Origin: Candidatus Multivorans sp.
Lineage (GTDB): Bacteria; Acidobacteriota; Thermoanaerobaculia; Multivoradales; Multivoraceae
Length of the DNA: 64,000 nt
NCBI GenBank assembly: GCA_965247095.1
Contig: OZ251997.1
Coordinates: forward strand, 4,032,001 to 4,096,000
Reading direction: 5' to 3'
Part shown: piece by piece, positions 52,705-63,057 of the stretch
Numbering within the stretch: position 1 is the stretch's first letter
Layout of the letters: each line of letters starts with the position of its first letter
Program-made: the position numbers and the translations under genes
Notes under the pieces: generated by a model
The model's database searches: none
The model's input: only the letters and a program-made list of their open reading frames with translations
Told to the model about the DNA's origin: nothing

Positions 52705-54657
52705 TCACTCTCTCAGCGTCGCCGCGTGCAGGCGCGCTCGCATGGCGATGAGATGGCCTCTTGCGGCCGAGTCGAGGGCTTCGAAAGCGGCCCGGGCCCG
52801 TGGCCTGTACCCTTCCTGCCCGTCGTTGGCCAGCTCCAGGAGGGCCAGGGCGAGTGTGTACTGGACTGCTTCCTGACCGGCATCGCCGCGCTCGGAAGTA
52901 TCCAGCGCGCTCAGGCGCCGGACGGCCTCCGCTGCGTCGCCGCTGCCGAGCAGCAGGGTCGCCAGGTTGAGTTCGAGGAACCAGTGCGGGATGTCGCCGG
53001 CAAGTTCGATCTCGCGCAGCAGCGAGGCGGCGGTGGCGGCAGGCAGCAGTTCCGGGTCGAAGATGTCGATCTGGGTCCAGGCCCATTCCGGCTCGACGGT
53101 CCGAACGGTTGTGCCGCCATCGCCGTCGCGCGTCTCCAGCTCGATCGTTTCACCGGACCTGAGTTCTCGGAGAGTTGACGCCAGCAGCTCGCTGGTGGCC
53201 GGCTGACCGTCAATGGCGACCACCTCCGCGCCCGGGTCGAGGCCGGCCGCTTGTGCCGGCCCGTCGGGTTCGACGGTGGCAACGATGAGCGCCTCTACCG
53301 CCAGGGAGTCGATCAGCGAGGCGCCGACTCGGGGCTCTCTGCCGCCCAGGTCAGGGCGCAGCGCGCGGGCGAGACGCCGGAGTGCACCGTCTTGAAGTCG
53401 TCCGTTCCTGATCGGGACGGTTCGAACGTCGGGCCGCGCGGGGCCGGGGACGGCGGACCACCACCACAGGTCGACGGCAGTGGCTACCAGTTCGTCGTTC
53501 AGAATGGCGGCGAAGTAGAGGCTTGCGGGGAGCTGCGCCTGGACCTGCTGCTGAATCGCCGTCCAGTCGAGTTCCAGTCTCGCCGCCGGTGCTCGGTCGC
53601 GCAGCGCCGCGATGTCGGCGCCCAGGTCGCGGAACAGGCTGGCGCCTTCATCGGCACGATTCAGCACGGTGTAGATGTTCTGCTCTCGGAGGAACTCGAC
53701 CCCTGAGATCACCGCTTTCCGGCCGGCAGCGTCGCCACCGAAGACGCCCAGGAAGGCGAGGGCGGGACGCAACTCGATCTCGACCTCGGCCCGGTTGTGG
53801 TCGTCGACCACAACCGATGTTTCGAAGTAGCCGTGGGCGCCTCGTGTCACCGTCAGTTGGTAGGTGCCCGGCGGCACGACGACTTGAGGCGGCCACCTTT
53901 GATGGTCTGGCTGCAGCGCGCGGCCGTTGCCCAGGACACTCGCGTCTTCGGGCAGGCCCTTCAGACCGATGACCGCTTGCTCGGGCTCCAGCACGATGGG
54001 AGGGATCTCCGTGTCGCTCAGGCCGCGTGTACTTAGGTCGGTGCGATGGCTGCGGAAGCCCTCCTTCCGGACCTCGAGTCGGTAGGGACCGGGCGCAAGA
54101 TCGGCGATGAGCAGTTCCCGCGAGAAGTCCCTTGGCAGCAAACCTGCCACCGCACCCCGCGGAACGAAGCCGGGCTCCGCGGTGCCTCTCGTCCGGTCGC
54201 GTTCGTAGCCGTCGATCAGAACGGCGGCGTCACTCGGCGCGGTGCGAAGGCGTAGTGTGGCGCTCTCCCGTTTGAGGCTGACGGTGACCTCGATCTCTTC
54301 GCCGGCGGTGACCGTGAACCCGGCCAGGGTCGGCCGGTAGCCGGGACGGGACACCTCGGCGACGTAGTCGCCGGCCCGGAACGCGAGAGGTCCGTGGAAC
54401 TCGCGCCGGTCAACGCGGATCGTTGCGTCGTTGGGGGAAACGAAGAAGGAGACGTGCCCGAAGACTTCGCTCAGGTCTTCCGACGGGAGTTGTTCCGCTT
54501 CTTCGGCCGCGGCATCGTCTGCACCGGAGCCCGGCGGCGGGGCGGGTTGCGCAGCGGTGCCCGGGGCGTTCCAGAAGAGCGGCACAACCAGCAGGGTTGC
54601 GATCGCCGGTCGCGCGGCGAACAGGAGCCGGCGGGAGATTCTGTGTGCGGTCGTCAC
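52705..54657 (-). CDS. Secreted PEGA + PDZ domain protein (paralogue 3)
   Basis: Signal peptide; PEGA-like 'LRTAPSDAAVLIDG', 'PGPYRLEVRKEGF'; PDZ 'VEPDGPAQAAGL...EVVAIDG'; TPR-like C-terminus. Confidence 0.75.
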   Translation of the reverse strand: MTTAHRISRRLLFAARPAIATLLVVPLFWNAPGTAAQPAPPPGSGADDAAAEEAEQLPSEDLSEVFGHVSFFVSPNDATIRVDRREFHGPLAFRAGDYVAEVSRPGYRPTLAGFTVTAGEEIEVTVSLKRESATLRLRTAPSDAAVLIDGYERDRTRGTAEPGFVPRGAVAGLLPRDFSRELLIADLAPGPYRLEVRKEGFRSHRTDLSTRGLSDTEIPPIVLEPEQAVIGLKGLPEDASVLGNGRALQPDHQRWPPQVVVPPGTYQLTVTRGAHGYFETSVVVDDHNRAEVEIELRPALAFLGVFGGDAAGRKAVISGVEFLREQNIYTVLNRADEGASLFRDLGADIAALRDRAPAARLELDWTAIQQQVQAQLPASLYFAAILNDELVATAVDLWWWSAVPGPARPDVRTVPIRNGRLQDGALRRLARALRPDLGGREPRVGASLIDSLAVEALIVATVEPDGPAQAAGLDPGAEVVAIDGQPATSELLASTLRELRSGETIELETRDGDGGTTVRTVEPEWAWTQIDIFDPELLPAATAASLLREIELAGDIPHWFLELNLATLLLGSGDAAEAVRRLSALDTSERGDAGQEAVQYTLALALLELANDGQEGYRPRARAAFEALDSAARGHLIAMRARLHAATLRE

Positions 54658-57600
54658 GGGTAGTAGCCGCTGATGGTGCGCGCCCGATAGCCGCCCCCGA
54701 CCCGGACCTCGACCTGACGGAACGCTTCGCCGGGCCCTTCCTTGTTCGACGTGTAGGCGAGGAGGTACTGGGAGCGCAGTTCTCGTTCGATCTGGCGGTA
54801 GACGGGTTTGAGGTCCTTAGCCGCGGCAATGAAGAAGGCGCGGCCACCGGTAGCCTGAGCGATCTCCTCCAGCTTCTGTCGCAAAAATTCCTCGGTCCGG
54901 CCCACGCCCAGGCCGATGGTGTAGATGACGACCTCCGACTGTCTCGCGTACTCCAGTACATCCGCGTACTGCGCGGTGCTCGAGGTGTCCTCTCCGTCCG
55001 ACAGAAGGATCATGGCGCGGCGACCGCGGACGCCGCGGAAGTAGTAGAGACCGGTCATCAGGGCGTCATGCAGCGACGTGCTGCCGCCGGCGCGAAGGCC
55101 CCGGAGCGTGTCGACCACTGCACGGACATCTGACGTGCGGCCGGTGAGAAGATGCGGGCGTGAGGCGAACGCGACGGCGAACGAACTGTCGGTCGGCCTG
55201 ATCAGGTTGGTCAGAAACTGCGCCGCCGCGCTCCTCGCCTCGTCGAGGACATCCTCCATCGAGGCCGAGGTGTCGATCGCGACCCCGATCGTGAGAGGGA
55301 GGTCTTCGACCAACTCGAATCGCGCGATCTGCTGCCGGTTCCCGTCCTCGAAGACCGCGAAGGCCGTGTCCGTCAGGCCCGTGATGGGGCGGTTCCCCTG
55401 ATCCACGACGGTTATGTAGAGCTCAACCAGGTCCACTTCGACATGCTCGATCACAGCCGCGGAGCTGAGGATCCGGACCTCCTCGGCGCTGCTGCCGTCG
55501 TCCAGTATTGCGGTGACCGTGAGGTAGACGAGCGTGGCGTCTCCCGCTGCCGCCGGAACCTCGATTTCGGTCTGCCACGGTGGCCTCTGCAGTACTGCCT
55601 GCACCTCTTCGCCGACCCGAAACTCGACTGAGCCGATGGTCCTGTCCTTGGGAACCACAACGGACGCTCTGGCCTGGACCGCGCCACTGACGTCGATGCC
55701 CGCGGGCGGTTCTTCGACCCGCACCCGCAGGTCGCCGCGCTGCTGGTTCAGCACCAGCTCGTCCGAAGCCAGAACCTTGCCGTCGGCACCCAGGCCCTCG
55801 ACCCGGACGACCTGCTGGGTCGGGTACTTGGCCAAGCGCAACGTGGCCCAGGATTGCGGTCCAGCCTGGGTCGTCTGGACCTTGCCGTCGACCAGGAAGC
55901 GTACTGCCACGATGTCGCCGCCCGTGGTCAGGACCTCCGCGCGATACTCGCCTACGACGATCTCGTTGTCTGGCGGAATCAGGGCAAGTGAAGTCTTCGC
56001 ATGCAGGCGCGCGCGGGCCGCGATGGATGGCCCGTCGTCACTTCGCAGGCGGCTTCGTTCAGCGAACTCGAGGTCGCGGAAAGCGACCGTCGCCTGGTCC
56101 CGATACTCGGGACGCTGCTGCTCCGCGAGCTCGGTCAGGCCCAGCGCGATGAGGTATTGCACGGTGTCATGGCCCAGGCCGCCGCGCCGGGGCGCTTCGA
56201 TCATTCGCAGCCGTCGCACCGCTTCCTCGACATCGCCCCGGGCGAGCAGGATCGAGGCGAGGTCGAGTTCCAGTAGCCAGCGGGGAATGTCACCCGATCG
56301 CTTGAGTTCCCGCGTCAAGTGGGCGGCAGCAGCCGAGGTCAGGAGTTCCGGGTGAAACGGATCCTGCGTCGTCCAGCCCCAGGTGGGCTCGATACGATGC
56401 GCCGCGGGGGCGCCGTTCTCAGATTCGACCCATACTTCCAGTATGTCGTTGGGTCTGAGCGCGGCGACCGCGGCGGACCAGTCGTCCTGTTCGACATCCG
56501 GAGTGGTGCGCAGGGACGCGATCTCCATGCCCGCCTCGAGCCCCGCCTGGGCGGCCGGCGAACCGGGTTCGACGGCGGCAACTACGGGGCCGTCGAACGC
56601 CAGAGAGTCGATTACGGTGGCGCCGGTGCTTGGGGTACGGCGTGCCGTCTCGGGGCGTAGTGCACGGACAAGGCGGGTCAGGGCATCAGGATCCAGCCGG
56701 CCGTCCTGAATGGGCACGGTGCGTACGTCGGGGCGGCTCGGGCCGGGGGCGGCGGCCCACCACCAGAGATGAACCTGATCGGCGTCCTGTTCGTTGCTTG
56801 GAACCTGGCCGCCTTCGGCGGCAGTCGGCCGGAAGGCCGGCGCACCGACGGCGGCGAGATACAGCGCGGCCGGCAGTGCGTTCTCCACGCGGGCACGGAA
56901 CGCAGCCCAGTCCACTTCTTGTTCGGCCGAATCCGACCATCGCCGCAGAGCGGAGCCGTCGATACCGGACTCGCGGAACACTGTCGCGCCAGTTCGGGCG
57001 CGGGAGACCACGGTGTAGGAGCCCTCTTCCCGGAAGGCGTCGAGACCGGCGTGGACAGCCGTGGTGGCCGCCGGCTCGGAATCCAGTACGCCGAGGAACG
57101 CGAGGGCCGGGCGCAGATCGACCTCGACATCGACCCGGCGCCTGTCCTTCGCCAAGACCGAAGTCTCGAAGTAGCCACTTGTGCCCTGGGTGACCGTCAG
57201 GTCGTATCTGCCGGGTGGAAGATGGACTTCGGGGGGCGTTTTCAGGTAGTCCGGCTGGACTGGCAGGCCGTTGGCCGTGACCACCGTGTCGGTCGGCAGG
57301 CGGGGGAAGCCGATCGCCGCCAGCTCCCGCTCCAGCGCGATCGCGGGCAGGACGTAGTCTCGCAACTCCGGCAGTTGGAGCGTGGCCTCATAGGTGCGGA
57401 AGCCCGGTCGCGCGACTTCCAGTTCGAATTGCCCCGAAGGGATTCCGGCGATCCAGAACTCCCGAGAATCTTGCGCCGCATCGCTCTGGCGGCCGCGGGG
57501 CCGCTCTGCTGGACCGACAGTGCGGCCGCGCTCGATGCCGTCGATGCTGATCCTCGCGTCGGAGGGGTCGGTTCGCAGCCTGAGCACGGTGCTTGTGCGT

Positions 57601-58136
57601 TCGAGGTCCACCGTGACTTTCGCCACCTTCCCGGCCTCGACTGTGAAGAGGGTCGTGGCCGGCCGGTAGCCCGGTCGGGCGGCTTGCAGCAAGTAGCCGC
57701 CGGCAACCAGCGGCGCAGGTGCGGACACTTCCACCTGTCCCAGGGCGGTGTAGACGGCACTGGTCGGGGTGGGGAGTGAGCTTCGGGAGAGAAGGGCGAC
57801 TGCTGCGAGTTTTGCGGGTTCGTCCGGCTCGGATCCGGGCGGCGCTATCCCCCATAGCACGTCGCCGAGGGCTTCCAGGCTTCCCATTCGCAGCGTCGCG
57901 TCGGCCGGCGAGACGGAGAAGGTCGCCAGACCGGGGACCTCCGGCGGGCGATCTTCACCCTGCAGGTCCTGCGCCGCCAGGTCCTGCGGTGTCGGCTGCG
58001 CAAGGGCCGCGGCGACGCCAAGGAATGAGACTGCGGCCAGCCAGGCAACCCGGCTCGACCGCGGTCCGGCGGCCGGATCGGCCGACCCACTGCAGTTCTC
58101 GCGGGCCCTTCGCGTCCGCAGGTTCGACCGCGGCAC
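54654..58136 (-). CDS. Secreted PEGA + PDZ + Ig-like + VWA fusion protein (paralogue 2)
   Basis: N-terminal ~720 aa homologous to the other paralogues; C-terminal VWA with MIDAS 'DTSAS', 'TSLHDA', 'LLSDGED', 'ELRSQYLLAY'. Confidence 0.8.
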   Translation of the reverse strand: MPRSNLRTRRARENCSGSADPAAGPRSSRVAWLAAVSFLGVAAALAQPTPQDLAAQDLQGEDRPPEVPGLATFSVSPADATLRMGSLEALGDVLWGIAPPGSEPDEPAKLAAVALLSRSSLPTPTSAVYTALGQVEVSAPAPLVAGGYLLQAARPGYRPATTLFTVEAGKVAKVTVDLERTSTVLRLRTDPSDARISIDGIERGRTVGPAERPRGRQSDAAQDSREFWIAGIPSGQFELEVARPGFRTYEATLQLPELRDYVLPAIALERELAAIGFPRLPTDTVVTANGLPVQPDYLKTPPEVHLPPGRYDLTVTQGTSGYFETSVLAKDRRRVDVEVDLRPALAFLGVLDSEPAATTAVHAGLDAFREEGSYTVVSRARTGATVFRESGIDGSALRRWSDSAEQEVDWAAFRARVENALPAALYLAAVGAPAFRPTAAEGGQVPSNEQDADQVHLWWWAAAPGPSRPDVRTVPIQDGRLDPDALTRLVRALRPETARRTPSTGATVIDSLAFDGPVVAAVEPGSPAAQAGLEAGMEIASLRTTPDVEQDDWSAAVAALRPNDILEVWVESENGAPAAHRIEPTWGWTTQDPFHPELLTSAAAAHLTRELKRSGDIPRWLLELDLASILLARGDVEEAVRRLRMIEAPRRGGLGHDTVQYLIALGLTELAEQQRPEYRDQATVAFRDLEFAERSRLRSDDGPSIAARARLHAKTSLALIPPDNEIVVGEYRAEVLTTGGDIVAVRFLVDGKVQTTQAGPQSWATLRLAKYPTQQVVRVEGLGADGKVLASDELVLNQQRGDLRVRVEEPPAGIDVSGAVQARASVVVPKDRTIGSVEFRVGEEVQAVLQRPPWQTEIEVPAAAGDATLVYLTVTAILDDGSSAEEVRILSSAAVIEHVEVDLVELYITVVDQGNRPITGLTDTAFAVFEDGNRQQIARFELVEDLPLTIGVAIDTSASMEDVLDEARSAAAQFLTNLIRPTDSSFAVAFASRPHLLTGRTSDVRAVVDTLRGLRAGGSTSLHDALMTGLYYFRGVRGRRAMILLSDGEDTSSTAQYADVLEYARQSEVVIYTIGLGVGRTEEFLRQKLEEIAQATGGRAFFIAAAKDLKPVYRQIERELRSQYLLAYTSNKEGPGEAFRQVEVRVGGGYRARTISGYYP

Positions 58137-58140
58137 GGGT

Positions 58141-59508
58141 CTACTCGACGACCAGCACGGTTTCCATGCGGCCCTCGGCGATGAAGACCCGTCCCATTCC
58201 GTCGACCGCGATGTCGTTGGGCGCTCGTAGTTCGATGCCGCCGGGGAGGTATGGACCCAGGGCGCCGACCTCGGCTCCGTCCTGGCTGTAGACGAGAATC
58301 CGGCGGGTGCCGCCGTCCAGCACGTAGCTGTTACCGAACGGGTCGACGGCCAGAGCCAGCGGGCGTTCCCAGTTGCCGCTGAGCGTTTGCAGGATTTGCC
58401 AGTTTTCGTCGAACGACAGCAGGACCGGGGGCGAGGAACGCGAGCCTGCGTCCAGGACGTGTACGGCGCCCCTTGGACCGGCCGCCATGTCGACGGGTCG
58501 GGTCAGGGTGGAAGCGCTGAAGTCCAGCAGTCGACCGTCGGCGCGGTAGCGCAGGACGACATCCATGCGACGGGAGAGCACCGTCCAGTCGCCGAAGGGA
58601 CCTCGGTGGACGGCGGCGATTTGATCCAGCTTGCCCCCCGATGGCCGCACGAAGGAGAAGGACCCGCCACCTTCGAGCGGAACCGCACTGGTTGGGGTCG
58701 TGACCAGTCCGTGCAGGCCACCCAGGGGTCCGGAAGGGCCGAGACTCGCTCCCACGACGCCCCGGAGTTCGCGCGTGGCCACCGTGTTGCCCTCCCGGTC
58801 CAGCAGCACGACGCGGTCGTTGTCGCCAACCAGCAGGTCGCCGCGGATGCCAGCCGCCACCGTGCGCGGCCTCTTCAGCTTCAGTTGCTCCGGCAGATAG
58901 TCACCGGAAAGATGGATGCGGGTTGTGGTCCAGGGAGAACGACCCGCCAGCGGTCTCAGGATGAGCCGGTGGATTCGGGTCATTCGCTCGAGGGCGATCC
59001 GGGCGACGTCGATGTCGTTGGCCGGGTCGGCCCGGTTTGGGTCGGCCAGCTCCAGCGCGCCTGCCCGGGCCAGCCGGAGATGCTCCGCCGCCAGTCGCCA
59101 GTCGCCGCCGGCCAGCACGAGCTCGGCCAACTCCAGGTGCGCCCTGGGAGTCCATTCGTTCGGGGCCTCGCGTTCCAGCACCTGCAGCAATTCGCCGGCG
59201 GCGGCGTTCGAGGAGCCGAGGCGGCGTCCCAGCGCTGCCGCTTCCACCAGGGCCCGGCTGCGGTCCGGGAATCCCGGATGGAGGTTCCGCGGATAGCGTC
59301 GACTCAGGTTCAGGAGTTCGGCCCGCGCGGCCTCGAGTTCCGCCGTGCTACTTGCGGCCCTGGCCGCGGCCAGCGCCGTCGTCGTCTCACCGTTGATTGA
59401 AGGCGGCCCCTGGGCGTGCGTCCATCCGCCCGCGAGCAGCAGGACCAGAGTCGCCGGAAAGAGGGGCGTTCGGGGCCGGTTGGGGCCGGAACCAGTCGCT
59501 GGAGTCAA
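58141..59508 (-). CDS. Secreted TPR + NHL/6-bladed beta-propeller protein (copy 2)
   Basis: Signal-like N-terminus; 'RPVDMAAGPRGAVHVLDAG', 'RPLALAVDPFGNSYVLD', 'APNDIAVDGMGRVFIAE'; TTG start at 59508 inferred. Confidence 0.75.
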   Translation of the reverse strand: MTPATGSGPNRPRTPLFPATLVLLLAGGWTHAQGPPSINGETTTALAAARAASSTAELEAARAELLNLSRRYPRNLHPGFPDRSRALVEAAALGRRLGSSNAAAGELLQVLEREAPNEWTPRAHLELAELVLAGGDWRLAAEHLRLARAGALELADPNRADPANDIDVARIALERMTRIHRLILRPLAGRSPWTTTRIHLSGDYLPEQLKLKRPRTVAAGIRGDLLVGDNDRVVLLDREGNTVATRELRGVVGASLGPSGPLGGLHGLVTTPTSAVPLEGGGSFSFVRPSGGKLDQIAAVHRGPFGDWTVLSRRMDVVLRYRADGRLLDFSASTLTRPVDMAAGPRGAVHVLDAGSRSSPPVLLSFDENWQILQTLSGNWERPLALAVDPFGNSYVLDGGTRRILVYSQDGAEVGALGPYLPGGIELRAPNDIAVDGMGRVFIAEGRMETVLVVE

Positions 59509-59531
59509 GCGGGCGAAACTGTACCAGAGAG

Positions 59532-60662
59532 TCAGGTGTGAACTGGTGCGGGGGAGTCCAGACGGCTCGGCAGCATGTCGACCGGGATGGCGAATTGTGG
59601 GTCCGCGGGCCGGCCGAGGACCAGCGGCGCCATCATCCTGGCGGTGAGCGGGGCGAGCAGGATGCCGTTGCGGAAGTGTCCGGCGGCGATGTACAGGCGG
59701 TCGCTCAACTGGCCGACCAGGGGCCATCCGTCGGGCGTTCCCGGGCGAAGCCCGGCCCAGTGTTCGACCGGTTCGCGACCGCGTAGCGCTGGCAGCAGAT
59801 CGGCGGCCGCACTGGCCAGTCCGCTGCCGACATCTGCGCTCAGGCTGAGGTCAAAGCCGGTGTGCTCGACCGAGGCGCCGATCAGGAGGCGGTGACCGGC
59901 ACGTCGGACGGCATAGAAGGACGGGGTTCGGATGGCGCCGGTAAAGGGCCAGTCGACCCGGTCGAAGGCGATCATCTGGCCCTTGACGGGACGAATGGGC
60001 AGAGTCGGCAGACCGTGGATCGCCGGTGTCCAGGCGCCGCCGCAGATCACGACGGCGCCGGCGGCGCGCGCGAAACCGGCGCCCGCGGCAGAGACGCCGC
60101 CCGGTTCCTCCGTCACGCTCTCGACCTTGGCCCGGTGGAGGGTCACGCCCTGCCGGCGCAGGGCTGTCGCGGCTGCGGCAGTGGCAAGGCGGTTGTCGAC
60201 GCGGTGCTCGCCCGGCAGCAGCAGCGCAGCCTCGATTCCGGGACGAAGGTCCGGCACCAACAGGAGCAGTTCGGCGCGGTCGAGCTCCGCGGTCGGCTCG
60301 CCGAGGTCTATGGCCTGTGTCCGGATCCCCTTCAGCACCTTGCGGCCTGTCTCGTCGAGGACCGGCAGGATGGCGCCCGTGTTGTCGTAGTCGATCGAGG
60401 TCTCGCTCTCGTGTTCGAGGGCCGGCGCCAGCTCGATCCAGAGGTCGCGCGATTTGAGGGCCATCTTCGCGAAGGCCGCATCGGTGCTGCTCTCCGCGAT
60501 CGGGGCGATCATCCCGGCCGCGTTGGGCGAGGCGGCGCCCGCGCGGCGGTCGTCCGCGACCTCGACCCGGGCGCCGTGGCGGATCAACTCGCGCGCGATC
60601 AACAGGCCGATCAGGCCGCCGCCGACAACCAGGACGTCGGGCCGCGGCCCACCGGGAGGCAT
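59532..60662 (-). CDS. thiO: FAD-dependent glycine oxidase / D-amino-acid oxidase (ThiO-like)
   Basis: 'VVGGGLIG', 'ASPNAAGMI', 'RPVKGQM', 'WAGLRPGTPDGWP', 'GHFRNGILLAP'. Confidence 0.78.
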   Translation of the reverse strand: MPPGGPRPDVLVVGGGLIGLLIARELIRHGARVEVADDRRAGAASPNAAGMIAPIAESSTDAAFAKMALKSRDLWIELAPALEHESETSIDYDNTGAILPVLDETGRKVLKGIRTQAIDLGEPTAELDRAELLLLVPDLRPGIEAALLLPGEHRVDNRLATAAAATALRRQGVTLHRAKVESVTEEPGGVSAAGAGFARAAGAVVICGGAWTPAIHGLPTLPIRPVKGQMIAFDRVDWPFTGAIRTPSFYAVRRAGHRLLIGASVEHTGFDLSLSADVGSGLASAAADLLPALRGREPVEHWAGLRPGTPDGWPLVGQLSDRLYIAAGHFRNGILLAPLTARMMAPLVLGRPADPQFAIPVDMLPSRLDSPAPVHT

Positions 60663-63055
60663 CAGTTGTCCGCCAGGGCGTCGGCCTGCAGGCGCGCTCG
60701 CGGCGCGACTCGCGGCCCGGCGTCGGACCCGAGCCGCCCGCGCTCCGCCGTGGCGAGGGTCTCGAAGACAGCCCTGGCGCGTGCCCGGTACTCGTCCCGG
60801 CCCTCGTCGCTAAGCATCTGCAGGGCGAGGCCGACTGTGTACTCCACCGTCTCACGGCCCAGTCCGCTGCGACCGGGAGCGTCGATCGTCCGCAGGCTGC
60901 GGATGGCCTCGGCAGCGTCCCCGCCCGCGAGGAGCAGGTTGGCGAGATTGAACTCGAGCAGCCAGCGCGGGATGTCGCCGCTTCGCTCCAGTTCCTGGAG
61001 CAGCCGGGCGGCGGCGGCGGACGGCAGCAGGTCGGGGTCGAAGACGTCGAGCCCCGTCCACCCCCACTCCGGCTCGACGGTCAACACGAAGACGGTGTCC
61101 CGATCCTGGATCTCGAGTTCGACCGCGCCGCCGGGTTCCAGGTCCTCGAGAGCCGCGGTCAACTGAAGGGTCGAGGAAGCGGCCGTGCCGTCGATGGCGA
61201 GGACTTCCATTGCGGGCCGGAGCCCCGCCTCCTCCGCGGGTCCGCCGGGTTCGACCGTGGCCACGATGGGCACGCCCGCAGTCAGAGAATCGATCAGAAC
61301 GGCGCCGAACCGCGGCGTCTGGCGGCCCAGGTCCGGATCGAGCGCTCCGGCGAGACTCAAGAGCGGCCCGTCCTCGAGGCGGCCGCTATCGATCCGCACG
61401 GTCCGCACGTCGGGCCGCGCCGGCCCAGGGGCGGCCGGCCACCACCACAGATCGACCGCATCGGCGACCAGGTCGTCGTTCAGGACGGCGGCGAAGTAGA
61501 GCGCTGCCGGCAGCCTGGCCTGGACCTGCTCCTGGATCGCGTTCCAGTCCAGTTCCCGGCGGGCGGTTGCCCGCTCGCGCAGCGTCTCCGCATCGACTCC
61601 CAGCTCTGCGAGTGCCGCGATCCCTTCGGCGGCGCGTCCGAGGACGCTGTATGCGCCGGCGCCGCGGAACGACTCAAGGGCCGATTCCATGGCCCGAACG
61701 CCGGCCGGGTCGTCGCCCAGCACGCCGAGGTAGATGAGCGCGGGGCGGAGTTCGATCTCGATGTCGATCCGGCGCCGATCCGCAGCGACCACGGAGGTCT
61801 CGAAGTAGCCCAGGGTGCCGTGGGTCACCGAGAGGTCGTAGGCGCCGGGAGGCAGGCGCACCTGGGGCGGCGACTTCGACCAGTCGGGGCGCAGGACCCG
61901 GCCATTGCCGAGGACGGTCGCGCCTTCGATCAGGCCGGTCAGTCCGATGACCGCTTCCTCCCGCTCGAGAACGATCGGCGGCAGGTCGTAGTCGCGCAGA
62001 TCAGGCAGTTGCAGGCTGGTCTCGACGCTGCGGAAGCCGTCCTTCTCGATCTTGATCCGGTAGCGGCCGGGGGATAGGTCCTCAATCCAGAGTTCCTCCG
62101 AGAAGTCCTCGGGCGGATGCTCCGAAACCGGGCCCTCCGGCCTGAACCAGGGCTCCGCCTGGCCGGCCGTTCGCCCGCGCTCGATGCCGTCGACCAGCAC
62201 CGTGGCGCCGGTCGGTGCGGTGCGCAACCGGACGACGGCGCTGTCGCGGTCCAGCTCGACCTCGACTTCGAGGTCTCGCGCGCCCACGATCGTGAAGGCG
62301 GCGGTGGTGGGCAGGAAGCCCGGGCGGGACACGGCGGCCAGGTAGTCGCCGACCAGCAGGGGACTGGGCTCGGGAGGCTCGACCGGTTCGGGCGCCGGCG
62401 CCGTCTCGACGTCCGGGTCGGAGGCCGTGGAGTCGTCGGCGTCATCGGCGGGAGGAGTCTCCGGCGGCGTCGCGTTCTCGAACTCCACGCCACCGACCAG
62501 AATGCGGGCGTCCCGCGGCAGCACCAGGAAGGAGACGCGGCCCACCAGTTCTTCCTTCCGGCCCTTCAGCCGGTCGGTCAACTGCTTGCCGGCGGTCTCC
62601 TCGTCCAGCTCGAACAGGGGATCGAGGCGGACGATCCGGTCGAGCGCCTCGTCGGCGGCGTCCCGGTCGCTGAGCGTCCAATGGGCGGCGGCCAGGTAGA
62701 GCCACGCGGTGCGCAGGGTCTCGAACAGGCGTGGGTCGTTGCCGGCGAGTTCTCGTGCATCGCCGGTCGCCGCGGCGACCGGCGCCAGAGTCTCGATCAC
62801 GCTCTGCAGGAGCGGGATCGCCCCCTCGGAGTCGCCATCCGCGTAGAGATCGCCGGCCTCGGCCAGTGCGGCCGCCGCCTGCGGCGGCAGCCGGCTCGAG
62901 TGCTCGATCTCGAGATCGCTGCGGCCGATCTCCTGGACACCAAAACGCTGCGCGGCGAGGGGGCCGGAGAGGCCGAGGAGCGCCGGCAGGATGGCCGCGG
63001 CCAGGGCGGCCCTTCGGGGTCGCCCCTTGGTGGTGAGCTTGTGGCGCGTTCCCAT
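60662..63055 (-). CDS. Secreted TPR + PEGA + PDZ protein (paralogue 1)
   Basis: Signal peptide, N-terminal TPR-like helices, same PEGA/PDZ blocks; start re-called at MGTRHK. Confidence 0.78.
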   Translation of the reverse strand: MGTRHKLTTKGRPRRAALAAAILPALLGLSGPLAAQRFGVQEIGRSDLEIEHSSRLPPQAAAALAEAGDLYADGDSEGAIPLLQSVIETLAPVAAATGDARELAGNDPRLFETLRTAWLYLAAAHWTLSDRDAADEALDRIVRLDPLFELDEETAGKQLTDRLKGRKEELVGRVSFLVLPRDARILVGGVEFENATPPETPPADDADDSTASDPDVETAPAPEPVEPPEPSPLLVGDYLAAVSRPGFLPTTAAFTIVGARDLEVEVELDRDSAVVRLRTAPTGATVLVDGIERGRTAGQAEPWFRPEGPVSEHPPEDFSEELWIEDLSPGRYRIKIEKDGFRSVETSLQLPDLRDYDLPPIVLEREEAVIGLTGLIEGATVLGNGRVLRPDWSKSPPQVRLPPGAYDLSVTHGTLGYFETSVVAADRRRIDIEIELRPALIYLGVLGDDPAGVRAMESALESFRGAGAYSVLGRAAEGIAALAELGVDAETLRERATARRELDWNAIQEQVQARLPAALYFAAVLNDDLVADAVDLWWWPAAPGPARPDVRTVRIDSGRLEDGPLLSLAGALDPDLGRQTPRFGAVLIDSLTAGVPIVATVEPGGPAEEAGLRPAMEVLAIDGTAASSTLQLTAALEDLEPGGAVELEIQDRDTVFVLTVEPEWGWTGLDVFDPDLLPSAAAARLLQELERSGDIPRWLLEFNLANLLLAGGDAAEAIRSLRTIDAPGRSGLGRETVEYTVGLALQMLSDEGRDEYRARARAVFETLATAERGRLGSDAGPRVAPRARLQADALADN

Positions 63056-63057
63056 TG

